DNA from: Amphiscolops sp. MND2022
Taxonomy: Eukaryota
DNA: 64,000 nucleotides
Reading direction: 5' to 3'
NCBI GenBank assembly: GCA_964187785.1
Contig: OZ076416.1
Coordinates: forward strand, 54,932,001 to 54,996,000
This document shows, one piece after another, positions 24,801 to 34,944 of this stretch (position 1 is the first letter of the stretch; every line of letters starts with the position of its first letter). Both the position numbers and the translations under genes were made by a program. The notes under the pieces are model-generated. The model was not told where the DNA came from, searched no databases, and saw nothing but the letters and a program-made list of their open reading frames with translations.

Positions 24801-25481
24801 ATTCCCCTCCCAAAATAGCTATGGCTCAAGTGATGAAGGCGAAAAGGGAGGAAAATATCCCGGTGCTTAGCGGGCGTCTTGTTTAGTAATATCACTAGTA
24901 AATTGCATTATTTTCCATATATGAATAATGGTGCAAAATGATATGAAAACACACCCGGAAAGCACGGGGTATTATCCGCCCTGAAATTCTCCAGCAATAG
25001 GAGTACTAATGGAGAAACAAATAAATTCTGCCACCGAAAAGATTCAAAAAATGGTTCCGACTAGCGCAAATTGTGAGAATTTTCAAGTCAATTTCTGAAA
25101 AATCTCAGATTTCTCCATAAATATGTATGCTATACTTTATTCTAAGAGATTAATATTGCTTGAATTTTCCCTGTGAATCCTTGAATGAATCCTATTTTCG
25201 TTCAAATTAATGGATGAATGATTTTGAATTATTGCACTTTATCATTATATACTGAATTATAATAACCTGCACATTCTGTCGAATCTCACTTTGCCGACAA
25301 CAACAGTCCACATAGGCATGGCCATTGGTAAGACGAATCCCCCATTGTAGTCCACATGTTCCCCTATGATGTTCACTCTGCCGGGGGCACAGGCCGCTTT
25401 CTCTGGCTGGCAGCCAAAATTGGTCTCAAAACTGGCTCGTGTCTCTGCCAGCAGCTGCTCCAAACTCGGCAGCTCATTCAT
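12661..25481 (-). CDS. GALK1: Galactokinase (GHMP kinase, GALK1-type), 6 coding exons, 1221 nt, 406 aa, intact
   Basis: The exons join in phase through GT-AG introns of 4912, 464, 438, 2637 and 3149 bp. Motifs: signature [23 protein letters not shown] loop [37 protein letters not shown] and GARITGGGFGG. Confidence 0.95.
12879..13230 (-). mobile_element. Helentron/DINE-1-like family A copy (GACG-hairpin subfamily) in galK intron 5; right boundary approximate
   Basis: Terminus AACAAGACGGGAACGTCTAAAGTCGGCGCTATATC on +, followed by family internal repeats (cacagtgccgaaaa...gggggaccc). Confidence 0.7.
13794..14733 (-). mobile_element. Helentron-like family B composite (second 3' terminus at 14218; 172-bp internal repeats) in galK intron 5
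   Basis: ACCAGAGCCGCATATGCGGTAAAGGAGTCGG occurs at about 13795 and 14218; cccagccatacga recurs at 172-bp spacing; the copy ends CCGACTCCTAAAAA. Confidence 0.75.
15974..16267 (-). CDS. GALK1: galK exon 5 (VETLRD...GVLGARIT-G), 294 nt
   Basis: Acceptor TTTCAG, donor CAG|[21 protein letters not shown] motif. Confidence 0.95.
16305..17811 (-). mobile_element. Two adjacent family A copies (termini at 16305 and 17363) in galK intron 4
   Basis: AACAAGCCGGAACCGGCCCAAGTCGGCG and AACAAGCCGGGAACGGCCCAAGTCGGCGCC termini plus family internal repeats. The second copy ends in a 14-bp fold-back at 17777-17811. Confidence 0.7.
17973..18692 (-). mobile_element. Helentron-like family B copy with a triplicated 53-bp 5' terminus
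   Basis: 3' terminus at 17973; GACACGATTGCATAAGTAGTCGAAAATTTTTTCCGACTCCT starts at 18541, 18594 and 18647. Confidence 0.8.
18905..19073 (-). CDS. GALK1: galK exon 4 ([10 protein letters not shown]...INSGVKH...[10 protein letters not shown]), 169 nt; not in the ORF track
   Basis: Acceptor GTTCTAG, donor G|GTTAGT, LLLDC and NSGVKH motifs, phases 0 to 1. Confidence 0.93.
19512..19765 (-). CDS. GALK1: galK exon 3 (TVHEFSQ...[12 protein letters not shown]), 254 nt
   Basis: Acceptor CTTTAG, donor CAG|GTAACC, GHMP ATP-binding motif. Confidence 0.95.
20230..20354 (-). CDS. GALK1: galK exon 2 (LHTNEKSVD...FTWANYVL-G), 125 nt; not in the ORF track
   Basis: Acceptor TTAACAG, donor G|GTACGT, WANYV motif, phases 2 to 1. 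Confidence 0.92.
20506..21697 (-). mobile_element. Full-length family A Helentron/DINE-1-like element with 6 internal tandem repeats of 109-117 bp (galK intron 1)
   Basis: Sub-terminal inverted repeats AGTCGGCGC / GCGCCGACT, T-run at the element 5' end, terminal hairpin GCCGGTCCCGGC+TTGTT. The anchor tccattctgtcgcaaaac occurs at 20803, 20920, 21029, 21139, 21251 and 21364. Confidence 0.8.
23147..23611 (+). mobile_element. Family A copy (subfamily with AATTGTAAG micro-repeats), opposite orientation
   Basis: TTTTAGTTGGCGCC...GGCGCCGACTTGGGGCGATCCCGGCTTGTT; internal sequence shared with the 17363 and 63376 copies. Confidence 0.75.
24226..24487. repeat. Long inverted repeat: 116-bp arms (115/116 complementary), 30-nt spacer, in galK intron 1
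   Basis: The left arm 24226-24341 is the reverse complement of 24372-24487 apart from one position. Confidence 0.97.
25267..25481 (-). CDS. GALK1: galK exon 1 (MNELPSLEQ...[13 protein letters not shown]), 215 nt
   Basis: ATG at 25481-25479; galactokinase signature; donor AG|GTTATT gives the phase 2 needed by exon 2. Confidence 0.9.
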
Positions 25482-25544
25482 ATCACAACTGAAACGAAAC
25501 CGAAAGGGATAGAGTAGTGTAGTGGTTAGAGCACTCGAATTGTA

Positions 25545-26029
25545 CAGTAGCGTTCTAAAATATCGCAACTCCATTACTCAAAATGACAAAATTCAAAACT
25601 AAATAACTCACAAACTGTCACAAATGCAAAAAATGTCCAATAAAAATCATCAATTTTCTAGAAATACATGTCTTCCAGTGTTCATGGACACAAAATAGTG
25701 TACATTTTTTTTCTGATTTCAAACTAATTTTCGATCAGGACAATTCAATAAGTTCGGGAGATTGTAAGGAATCTCCGAATATATTTAATTTCCAAAAAAG
25801 TTGAATTTAAGCCTCTCAAATATCCAAAAAACTCTACCCAAAAATTGCAATTTCGAACTTTCTCAATATGTGTCGTTGAAATTTCAAACAAACATTTTTG
25901 TAAACTACAAAAACTTCTAAGAAACTTTCCTAGCTGGCAATTTCTCGAATTCTTAACAGTTTTCAAGATATTTGGATTTGAAAATGGCAATTTTAAGCAA
26001 TGGAGTTGCGATATTTTAGAACGCTACCG
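25545..26029. mobile_element. Tc1/mariner-type MITE (485 bp, 31-bp TIRs, TA TSD)
   Basis: TA|CAGTAGCGTTCTAAAATATCGCAACTCCATT ... AATGGAGTTGCGATATTTTAGAACGCTACCG|TA, one mismatch. Confidence 0.88.
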
Positions 26030-26054
26030 TATTGGGGTTGTATCAAGTTGGAAC

Positions 26055-28965
26055 TAGGGCTGTCGACGGCTAACCGGTTATGAAGCCCGTAACCGGTTAA
26101 TGAATGAATGAATGAATAATTTATTAATGTTGCCCGAGGGCGTACAAATTACAAACAATAAAGAGAATGATACTTAGCTAGTACTAGATGTATAAGCTTT
26201 ACAGATGATACCACATAGGGCCGAAAGTTTTTTGAGTAATTCAAAATTCACGGTGTTCATCAGCTGGTCAAATTTCACCATATTCGGATACGAGTAATAA
26301 AAATCCGGAAGAAGTTCTACCCTACTATCTCTAAAATATTCACATACCATAATCATGTGATATTCATCCGCTTTACATTGATTACAGCAAAACGGACAAT
26401 TTTGATTATAGTTGTCAGTGATTCTCTCTGTCACTCGCGGTGAGGTGTACGGTGCGCAGCGAAATTGGCTTAGTTGCACCCTTTGTTTACCCTTCATTTT
26501 TTGTAGATAAGTTCTAGAATCAGCCGATGTTTGAATCCCCTATAGCAGTCGCAAAGTGAGGTGGAATGTAGCATCGTATGCCAGGACCGAATAGCTAAGT
26601 CTTCACATTGTCGCTTAATATACTTCTTGAACTCGGCGTCTCTGATGCAATTCACGTATGTATCTACCATAGGTATTCCGCAGCTGCCATAATATTTTTC
26701 ATACTCAGTATCCATTTGTTCTCATATTGGTTGGAATTGATTAGCCAAAACATAAAATTCGCAAAACTTTATTTTATCGCACGAAAGTTTTTTTCCAAAA
26801 AGATGCCATTCTTTGCCATATTGTAAATTTCAGTTCTTGTTGCCCTAACTCCCCATATGTCATTGCTTTAGGGCACTTTTTCGTATACGAAGCAGACGTC
26901 TGAGAAAATTACGATGAAAAACTTCAATCTGCTCAATATCCTCATGGCCCCACACTTCACATCCATATAGTAAAATGGGCTTTATCATCACGTCAAAAAG
27001 GTGTAATTTGGTGTCTATTTCGAGATCGATTTTACTCATAAGAACATCCAATTTGAATAGTGCCTTTTTAGCTTTATCGACATTGTTTTTCATAGCAGCT
27101 TGAAACGTGTTGTTGTACTTTAACACGACTCCGAGGTAGCAAAATGTATCGACACGCTCAATTGCAGTTCCATTAATGTAAAGAATTGACTGTTTCCTAA
27201 TTTTACCTCTTGAACGAATCATATATTTAGTTTTCGATACATTTATTGTCATTTTATTCTGAATGCATTATTTCAAGGTTGCGTCGAGAGCTCGTTGCAT
27301 ATCTTCCTCAGTTTCACTAAGCAGAAGCGTATCATCTGCATATAGAAGTCAGTACATCTTCAAAAAAATTTTAAGCTCTTCACTTCGCTCTGCATTCAAA
27401 CAAATACCTTCAGATTCCGTTCGTATCAAGTTATTGAAATCATTGAGAAAATATATGAAAAGAAGTGGCGATAAATTATCACCTTGACGTACACCTATAT
27501 TGCAATTAAAGACATCAGTTAGTTCTCCATTTACTCGAACACGTGCTTCGGTTTTCTGATGGAGGCTTTGGATGACACGTAAAACTTTTCCCGTTATTTT
27601 AGCTTGTCCTAGTTTTTGCCAAAGTAATCCATAGTCTACCTTATCGAAGGCTTTTTCATAGTCGATGAATGTAACAAAAAGTTTCTTCTTCTGTGCAAGG
27701 TATAGGCTCATGATTGATGATATAATGAAAACATGATCAACGCATCCAGTATTTTTTCTAAAACTTGCTTGTTCCAATCCTAACACATCTCGTTTCTCTA
27801 GGTCTTTTTGGATTCTTTCAGTGAGCACCGAGGTGAAGAGCTTACAGACACAACTGGCTAGAGATATACCCCGGTAGTTGTTGGGGTCCATTTTGTCCCC
27901 TTTTTGAAAATGGGCTGCTATATTGAGGTCGCCCAGTCATCGGGCACTATCCCTATATCAAGTATTTCATTGAAAAATGTTGTTATCATGAGAACAAGTT
28001 CATCGGGAACATACTTTATAAATTCAGGGTAGATATCATCGAGACCAGCTGATTTCCCATTTTTAATCTTTTTCATACAGGAACGTACTTCACTCTCTGT
28101 AATGGGTACATTCAAATCATCATTGTCATCATTTATATTAACAAAAACTTGCGGAGCTTCGAGAGCATTGTTCAGGTACTTAAAGTGATCGTATAATTTA
28201 GATTTCTCAATGGGGATGTTGAGATTACTTATCATATTGATAATTCGATGATTCATCTTTTCAATGTGTATTATTCAGCGCTTTTACCGCGTTCAATTTT
28301 CATTGTTTTGTAGTCTATTTTGAATATCACTTGTTCCTTTTTTAAGCCTTTTTGCTATCCAAGCTATAGCAACCAAGTACAGCTGTCCTCGCTACAGCAT
28401 TCACAAGTTGAAACAACAGGGGATATTGTTTAGTTCTTTTGAGAGTCTCTTGAAAAAACCAATATTCTTTCGGGTTGTCAAGTTTTTTCTGGCGTAGTAG
28501 CTGATTAGTGTCAGAATCCCATTTACTTTTCTTTTGCAGCAAAAACAACTTATATTCTTTAGCCGCTGCTTTCCTCTCGCAATGACTGGATGTTTTATTT
28601 ACTTCCCGTAACTTTCTGCGGTATATCGATCTGAAAAAATCGATAAACGGCTAACCAAAAAAAATGTGAGTCACATTATTGCAGTGAAAATCAAATACAT
28701 TTTTGTTACTTTCCGCTCACTCGCACATTTTTCATTTACCCTTAGTGAAGAAATAAGTCATTAGATTGCTTTTTTTGTTGTATTCCATTGTGTTATTGAG
28801 TTTTAATATTTTCTGCTTATTTATATTTTGTTCATTTGCATTGCACTTTCATTTAATATTAAAGTTCAAGTTTTTGCAAAAAAAACTGTTTTCATTGAAA
28901 AGCTCTAAGGTTAAGAAAAAAACGGTTAACAGGGGATAGTCTTTTTATAACCGCCGACAGCTCTG
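26055..28965. mobile_element. Non-autonomous hAT element (~0.4 kb of its own sequence) interrupted by a LINE
   Basis: Imperfect TIRs TAGGGCTGTCGACGG / rc CAGAGCTGTCGGCGG; perfect 8-bp TSD GTTGGAAC at 26047-26054 and 28966-28973; sub-terminal (A/C)CGGTTA/GCTAAC motifs. Confidence 0.85.
26101..28640 (-). mobile_element. 5'-truncated, frameshifted non-LTR retrotransposon (RTEX-like RT and C-terminal CCHC); 5' boundary approximate
   Basis: KNGKSAGLD, NYRGISL, FIDYEKAFDKV, GVRQGDNLSPLLF, YADD (27342-27331), CYLGV, LLYGCEVWG and CPFC...DEYHMIMVC; 3' AATAAA then (ATTC)n tail at about 26101-26125. The clade call is by eye. Confidence 0.9.
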
Positions 28966-29835
28966 GTTGGAACCCCTCAACTAACCATTGTTCGGTATTG
29001 AGCAAGTCCTTAATCCCGAGCTTAAAGGTATTGTCAGTGACAAAACCGCAACGAACTGCAAACTCGCTAAAAACATCTTGAGAAATCTTTAAAACGTCTC
29101 ACAGTTCCGAGCAAGTCAAAAACGAGTCCATTTGGCCTTTTTATTATTATCCACGCGGCTGCAAAATATCAAAATATCCAAGAGAAGGACGCGTTTGAAA
29201 CTAAACAATTCGAAAATAAATCTCAGAGTGTCAACAACTATCCAATGGCAGACCAATTATCTCTTCTAAATTTTTGAGAACAACCGACGGGTTTGTTTCG
29301 TTGAAAACTGATTGCTGACCGAAAGAATTGACAGCAAAAAAAGGTTTCAGCTGAAATTAGGCCTTTTCGAAAAAGTTTTTCTCAACATTGCTACTTTTAT
29401 TTGAGCGACAGTAGTTTCTCTGGATTTCAAAATCAGAGTGAATAAAAAAACTTTTGGAGAGCATATTTATGTCATCAAGATTGTTTTAATATTTTTGGTA
29501 ACTGATGCAAATTTTAGGCAGAAAGCGCTGGCAGTACGACACCGCGCATTTTTTCAGAAAGCGGGAAAAAAGACATTCTCGTTTCTCGTACCTTTGGTTG
29601 TGTAATTTTAGTCGGCGCATTTTAACAAAATATGCATGACTGTTACAGTGAAAAGTTCTTTTTTTTCTCGTCAGATAACAGCATGTATCCGCAGAGGACA
29701 CTTTATACAGAAACTACTAAACTACTGGACCGGCCAGCGGAAACGCATCTAAGTTAGTGCAAAAGGTCCCCTTTTTCAATAATTCCATTTTAACGTAACA
29801 CACCAAACCGGACGAGACTAAAGGGGCCCTTTCGA

Positions 29836-30029
29836 TTTTTTCGGCACTATGAGACGTTTTTCAAAAATTTTCAATGTCTCCATAGGACCCTGTTTTTGGT
29901 TCTTTTAGTTACAATTCTTTTAGTTACTGTCTTAAGCTCAGTAACTGAAAAATAGTAACTAAAAAAGAACCAAAAACAGGGCCTCTTTGGAGACATTAAA
30001 AAACTTAGGGTCTCACGGTGCCGAAAAAA
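29836..30029. repeat. Imperfect fold-back built from inverted family A internal sequence
   Basis: TTTTTTCGGCAC..GAGAC, AATGTCTCC and CCCTGTTTTTGGTTCTTTT(T)AGTTAC are mirrored by GTAACTAAAAAAGAACCAAAAACAGGG, GGAGACATT and GTCTC..GTGCCGAAAAAA. Confidence 0.75.
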
Positions 30030-30576
30030 TAATATTCATTGGTTTGATTTCCACTTCTCAATTGAATATGTAAAAAATGCAGCATTTTATATTAGCCCAA
30101 CTTGAGCTCAGTACCCTGGCTGGAACTGATTGCACTTTTTACGTCCACGCATTAAAACTTCACTTATTTGATTTAATTTTATCAAGCTGCCTATAAGATG
30201 CATCCTAAATTTGGCGGCAATTCTGCGCCACAAAGTTTTGTATGTTTCATTGGGACGCCGTTCTAGTTTTGAAAGCAGTCGAGGCCATCATCGATTTTAC
30301 CGCGCTTTCAATGCAAATAAACTTCAGTCACATTATAATATTATTCTCCAAAAACTCAAATTTTCCGAAGGTCCTAACATCCGGAAAAAATTCTCAATAG
30401 TTGGAAAATATAAGCTAAAAATCGAGAAAGAAACATTCAAGAATCTGCTAGGCATATCAACTACACTTTGCATCATCACCTTCATAGAAATATTATGAGC
30501 AGTTAAAGCACGGTTAATAGGACTGGTGAAGAAACTCAAATATTAATGCTGACCATTTGCATAGAAATGAGCACAA

Positions 30577-33500
30577 ATGGATAGTAGTAGGCAAGATAGC
30601 AGCGAAAAACCACAAGTAAGCATTTCATTTCCCAAAAATGCATTGAAGTAACTTAGTTTTCATGATCACACTATCTATTAATAATAATTTGCATTGATTC
30701 GACGAAAACGCATCACTTAACGTGAGCGGAGCGTTAGTTTCCGGTCAAAATAACAGGAATGTTTTAAAAACAGACAACTTAACATGTTTCCTATACGCTA
30801 TATAACCTCTCGAGTTTCGTGAATATGAAAAACGTTATCATCTTTATCTACGTCAAGATTATCAAGCACCAATCAAAAATGAAAATAAACAGAATTTGTT
30901 ATTTATCCGTATACTGTAGTTGTTTTCTGCAAAAAAGCTATGCATTGTATGTATAAGGGGAAAACATTCAAATGGCTCTTATACCAAGCATTCTCATCAG
31001 CGCTTGATTTCTGCAAAATATCAACTATTCAAAAATCTGTAGTTTATGGTACCTTTTGCTTAGAAAACGCAGCGTTACTTGGCAACCAACGCACCAAGTC
31101 AAGGCGTTCAGGTATTCAAACTTATATTTTGTAATCTGTTTTTTTTTCCAACACATTATTGCGACTTTTATTTGAAAAATCAAAAGTCTTGAGAGGCGCA
31201 ATTTCTAGTCTAATTGAATCTGATGAAAAAAATTAAACACCAATTGAAAGTTTTTTTTCAGGACAAAATACACAACATTCATTCCAAACTCATTTGAATT
31301 TTTTTTAAAAGTACATTGTTAAAGAGCCCAAAGGGTTTATTCAATATTTAAAAATTATAGCACAGCGCGGTATTTTAAATCATTTTCACCTGCTTGCCAG
31401 CCCAGTCACCACGCAGACAAGCCCGCGGTAACTTCTGGACAGGGCTGGCAAAAACGAGTTTTTAACACGAATGAAACAAACAGTATGTTCTTTAAAAAAC
31501 AGCGTTTATTTGTTTTTATTGGTTTTCCTTTTTCTTGCAAAGTAAGGTTGAAAGCTCAATTTTAATGCACACAGAGTACAAATTACTCAGTGTTCAACTG
31601 TCTGAACAAAAATGCGAGTTTGCCAGCTTTCTCAACACCCAAATTTGTTCGACGATAACCATAGTTAAGCCCAAAAGTAGAGGTTTCTATGTAACTATTG
31701 CCTTGTTGGAATTCTTCAGGTGTAATATTTTTTCTTTAGTGCGAGGATAGGTACCTGAGAAAAAATGTTTTTTTTTGTTATTGTTTAAAACATGTTTTTT
31801 ACTGCTGTTACGAACGTGCCAGCCTTGTTTCTAGGTTAATTAGAAAGTACTTTTAATCTTTCCACTGATATCTAGTAGCTATTGACAAAAATTGTTGAAA
31901 AAAATTGTCGCGCACTAAAACGAAGGTTTTTCATTTCTCAAGGAAACAAAAACTAAAAAGACAAAAACTGAAGCCAACAGCTTTTGCACACGACGAGGGA
32001 AATGTTTTCGAGAAAACTGAGCTTGCCGAAAGAAGTGATTGCTGCACAAAAGGTTGTTGGCTCAAGGTAAGGCTTTTACGAAAAATTTTTTGAATCAAAA
32101 CAATTTTGTTTGAAATATTCTCAAGAATTCGAAAAGAAAATAAAGAAAAATTTAGACAAATTCGAAAAGAAAATAAAGAAAAATTTAGACGATGTATATT
32201 TTAAATACTGATTTTAATTTACGTTTATTTGATTGAAAACAAAAATGCTGTGACGCTTTTCCATTTTGATGACGCTCATATGGCATTTCCTTCTTTACAA
32301 AATGAAGAAAAACTCAAACCGAACATCTGAAAATAGTTCAATTTCAAAATTTTTAGTAACTGTTGCATACTTCCGGCAATATTCAGCGTTTGGACGACAC
32401 AGCGTTAGCTTCGAAAACGAGAACAACCCAAAAAAGTGAACTCTTGAATGAGTTTCTCGAATAAACGATGCAATATCCTTGCATCAAGGATTCTCTACTG
32501 AATAAACGCTCCACTTCACAGTACCAAAGAACACAAAGGGGAACCCTTTGGGCTTGAAAGGGCTTTTATGGTTTTTGTTCTCACGAGAAACATAAAAAAA
32601 CCAAAAACTTTTCTGCTTCTTTTCCCACCAGAAACCATAAAACCAAAGTGAGAACCCTTTTGTGAAATATAAATTTCCGAAAAAAATGGCAGTGCCGAAA
32701 AAACGCAAAAGGGGCCCTTTGCGCTTGGAACGTTTGATCCGAAAATATCAAAAACCAAAAGGTGATAATTTTGGAAATTTGAACTTGTTTTCGAAAAAAA
32801 ACTTATTTAATCCGAATAGGAACAGTTAGACCCTTCCGACTAATTTGCCATTTTGTAGAATTTGTCATTCGGCATGAAATGGCGACTTCGACCAGATTTA
32901 AACAAGACGGGAACGTCTAAAGTCGGCGCTATATCTAAGGCTCAAAAAAGGTTTTAAACTTGTAAAAGGGGGACCCTTTCGGCTTTTTGAAAATCCAGTC
33001 TGTTGCAAAATATCAAAAAAATTGAAGGAGACATTTAAAAAATTCGGAAATTTTTTTGAAAAAACGTTTTTTTTTCAAAACGGAAATTTTGAAACTATCT
33101 CACAGTGCTCAAAACTAAAAAGGGGGGACCCTTTGGGCTTTTTGAAACTTCAGTTTGCTGCAAAATATCAAAAAACTTGAAGGGGGGACCGTTTGGCGAT
33201 AAAAGAAAATTCGAAAAACAGTTGCACAGTGCCGAAAAAATTCAAAGGGGGACCCTGTAGTCCCGCCCGGTTTTGTATCTTACGTTAAAAATTGAGTACA
33301 CGAAAGGGGGGACCCTTTGCAGTAACTCAGTAGTGATTCCGCTTGCCGGTTCAGTACTTTTAGTAGTTCTGTAAAAAGTGTCCACTACGCATACATTCTG
33401 TGGTCTGACGAAAAAAAAAAGAAAAAACTTGCCACTGTAATAGTCGGGCTCATTTTGATAAAATGCGCCGACAAAAACACGACGAAAAGCCACTATAAAA

Positions 33501-34944
33501 GTCCCGTTTTATTTCATAAAGCGCCGAATAAAAACGTCATTTCATAAAAACGCCGAACCTGAGAAAGATCATATACTGTTTCTGATGTTTTCACTAGATC
33601 AATTTACTGCCGCTGTAAAATTCGCGAGAGCAAATTGTAAAGATAACATCTGGTCGGGAAAAATTGGCCCAATTGGCCGGGCGCTTTCGTGTTTCAATAA
33701 AATTCCATCTTACGCACAAAGGTTGAATATGTAATGAGAACGTGTCAAAGTGAATTTTTAAGAGCAACAAAAAAGAATTTAAGTGCGATAATGTATGCCG
33801 TTTTTGATGACTCAATTCAGGAGCAAAAAAACTAGAGACGCTGAAACGTCCCAAACGTGTTACTAAAACCACCTTGATTTTGACAGCTAAAAAGAATCCG
33901 ATTTCTGTGACGTGGTATGAAAAACTCTTCTAGAGAAGTCAATTAAAAATCCAGTTTTGACATAAATCCCTCATTCAGAATGCAAATTGAAGAGTTCAGA
34001 GTAATTTCAACAGAGTTCAGTATATCCTGATGTCGAATCAAAATTCATTGTTTCAAAGGGTGGTTCTTGGAAAAGAATAGAAACTTAACAAAACGCAATA
34101 AATTTCACATCCCCATTGAGCCACAAAACGACTTGACATTCCCAAATTCCAATATTGAGAGCTTTCAGCCTCATCCGACATTTAAGCCGCATATCGAGAA
34201 CGGAAAGATTTTTCACTCTTCAACTAAACTTCTTAAAAATATCACAAAGATATTGCGGATATTTGAAGTGATGAAATAAATCCAAGAATGTGAATCGAGG
34301 ATTATTTAAATCGGGAGCCATTTGGTCAATGATTGTAGGCCGACCAATGTGAAATAAATGTGGGCCAAATTAGCTGGCACACTCGTAGCCCTTTTGTTTG
34401 TCTGCTGGGGCTAAGGGACTGCCAGGTATCTCTGGAAGAAGCGGCGCTTCATTGTCTGGAAAAGGCTCTTTTGAACTCATAACGAACTTTGTGGAATAAA
34501 TTAAAAACCCATTCCGAGATTAAGGGATCTGCGTATTAATTTAGATTCCACTGCAGATTCCAACTAAATTGCGGGGCTAAAAAATAAACTAAATAACTCG
34601 AGACCCTTGTTTGCTTCGGATCAGGCGATCAATGGATGTCTTTCTGTGTGTTTTCCTTCATATTACTTTCCGCCTCGTTGTCAAGAAGTGTTGCGCTGAT
34701 ATTCTTTCCGTTACGGTCAGCTGGTTAAGGAGAAAAAAAATCGGGAGCGATCAACTTTGAAGGAAGTAAGTTAAGAGTAGCAAAATGGGCATTGAAGAGA
34801 AAAAACAGAGGGGGTAAAAAGAAGATGCATACCTCTCTCTATTCATTTCTTTCTGTTTCCCCACTTTTTGTTTCTTTCCAGTTGCGAGCGACGCTTCCCC
34901 CAACTGGGATTGAATGGAAAAGAACAAGAAGCGCTGCGGTGTAG
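30577..34944 (+). CDS. Tentative spliced gene of unknown product, divergent from galK (candidate exons 30577-30615, 31740-31750, 31943-32066, 34882-34944; 78 aa)
   Basis: Strong donors CAA|GTAAGC (30616) and AAG|GTAAGG (32067), a long polypyrimidine acceptor ending TTCCAG (34881), and phase-compatible joins. One acceptor is a weak AAG, an alternative phase-compatible model exists, and no homology was recognised. Confidence 0.25.
32901..33478 (-). mobile_element. Family A copy (GACG-hairpin subfamily)
   Basis: AACAAGACGGGAACGTCTAAAGTCGGCGC ... GCGCCGACAAAAA with internal repeats. Confidence 0.75.

Noticed and set aside
31394-31451. 10-bp inverted repeat TTGCCAGCCC/GGGCTGGCAA
   Set aside because: Short; it resembles outward-facing hAT-like ends without a matching TSD, so it cannot be supported as an element or RNA structure.
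32030-32066. Insulin A-chain-like motif CCTKGC
   Set aside because: No cysteine at the required +9 position in any exon join tried, and no signal peptide or B chain.
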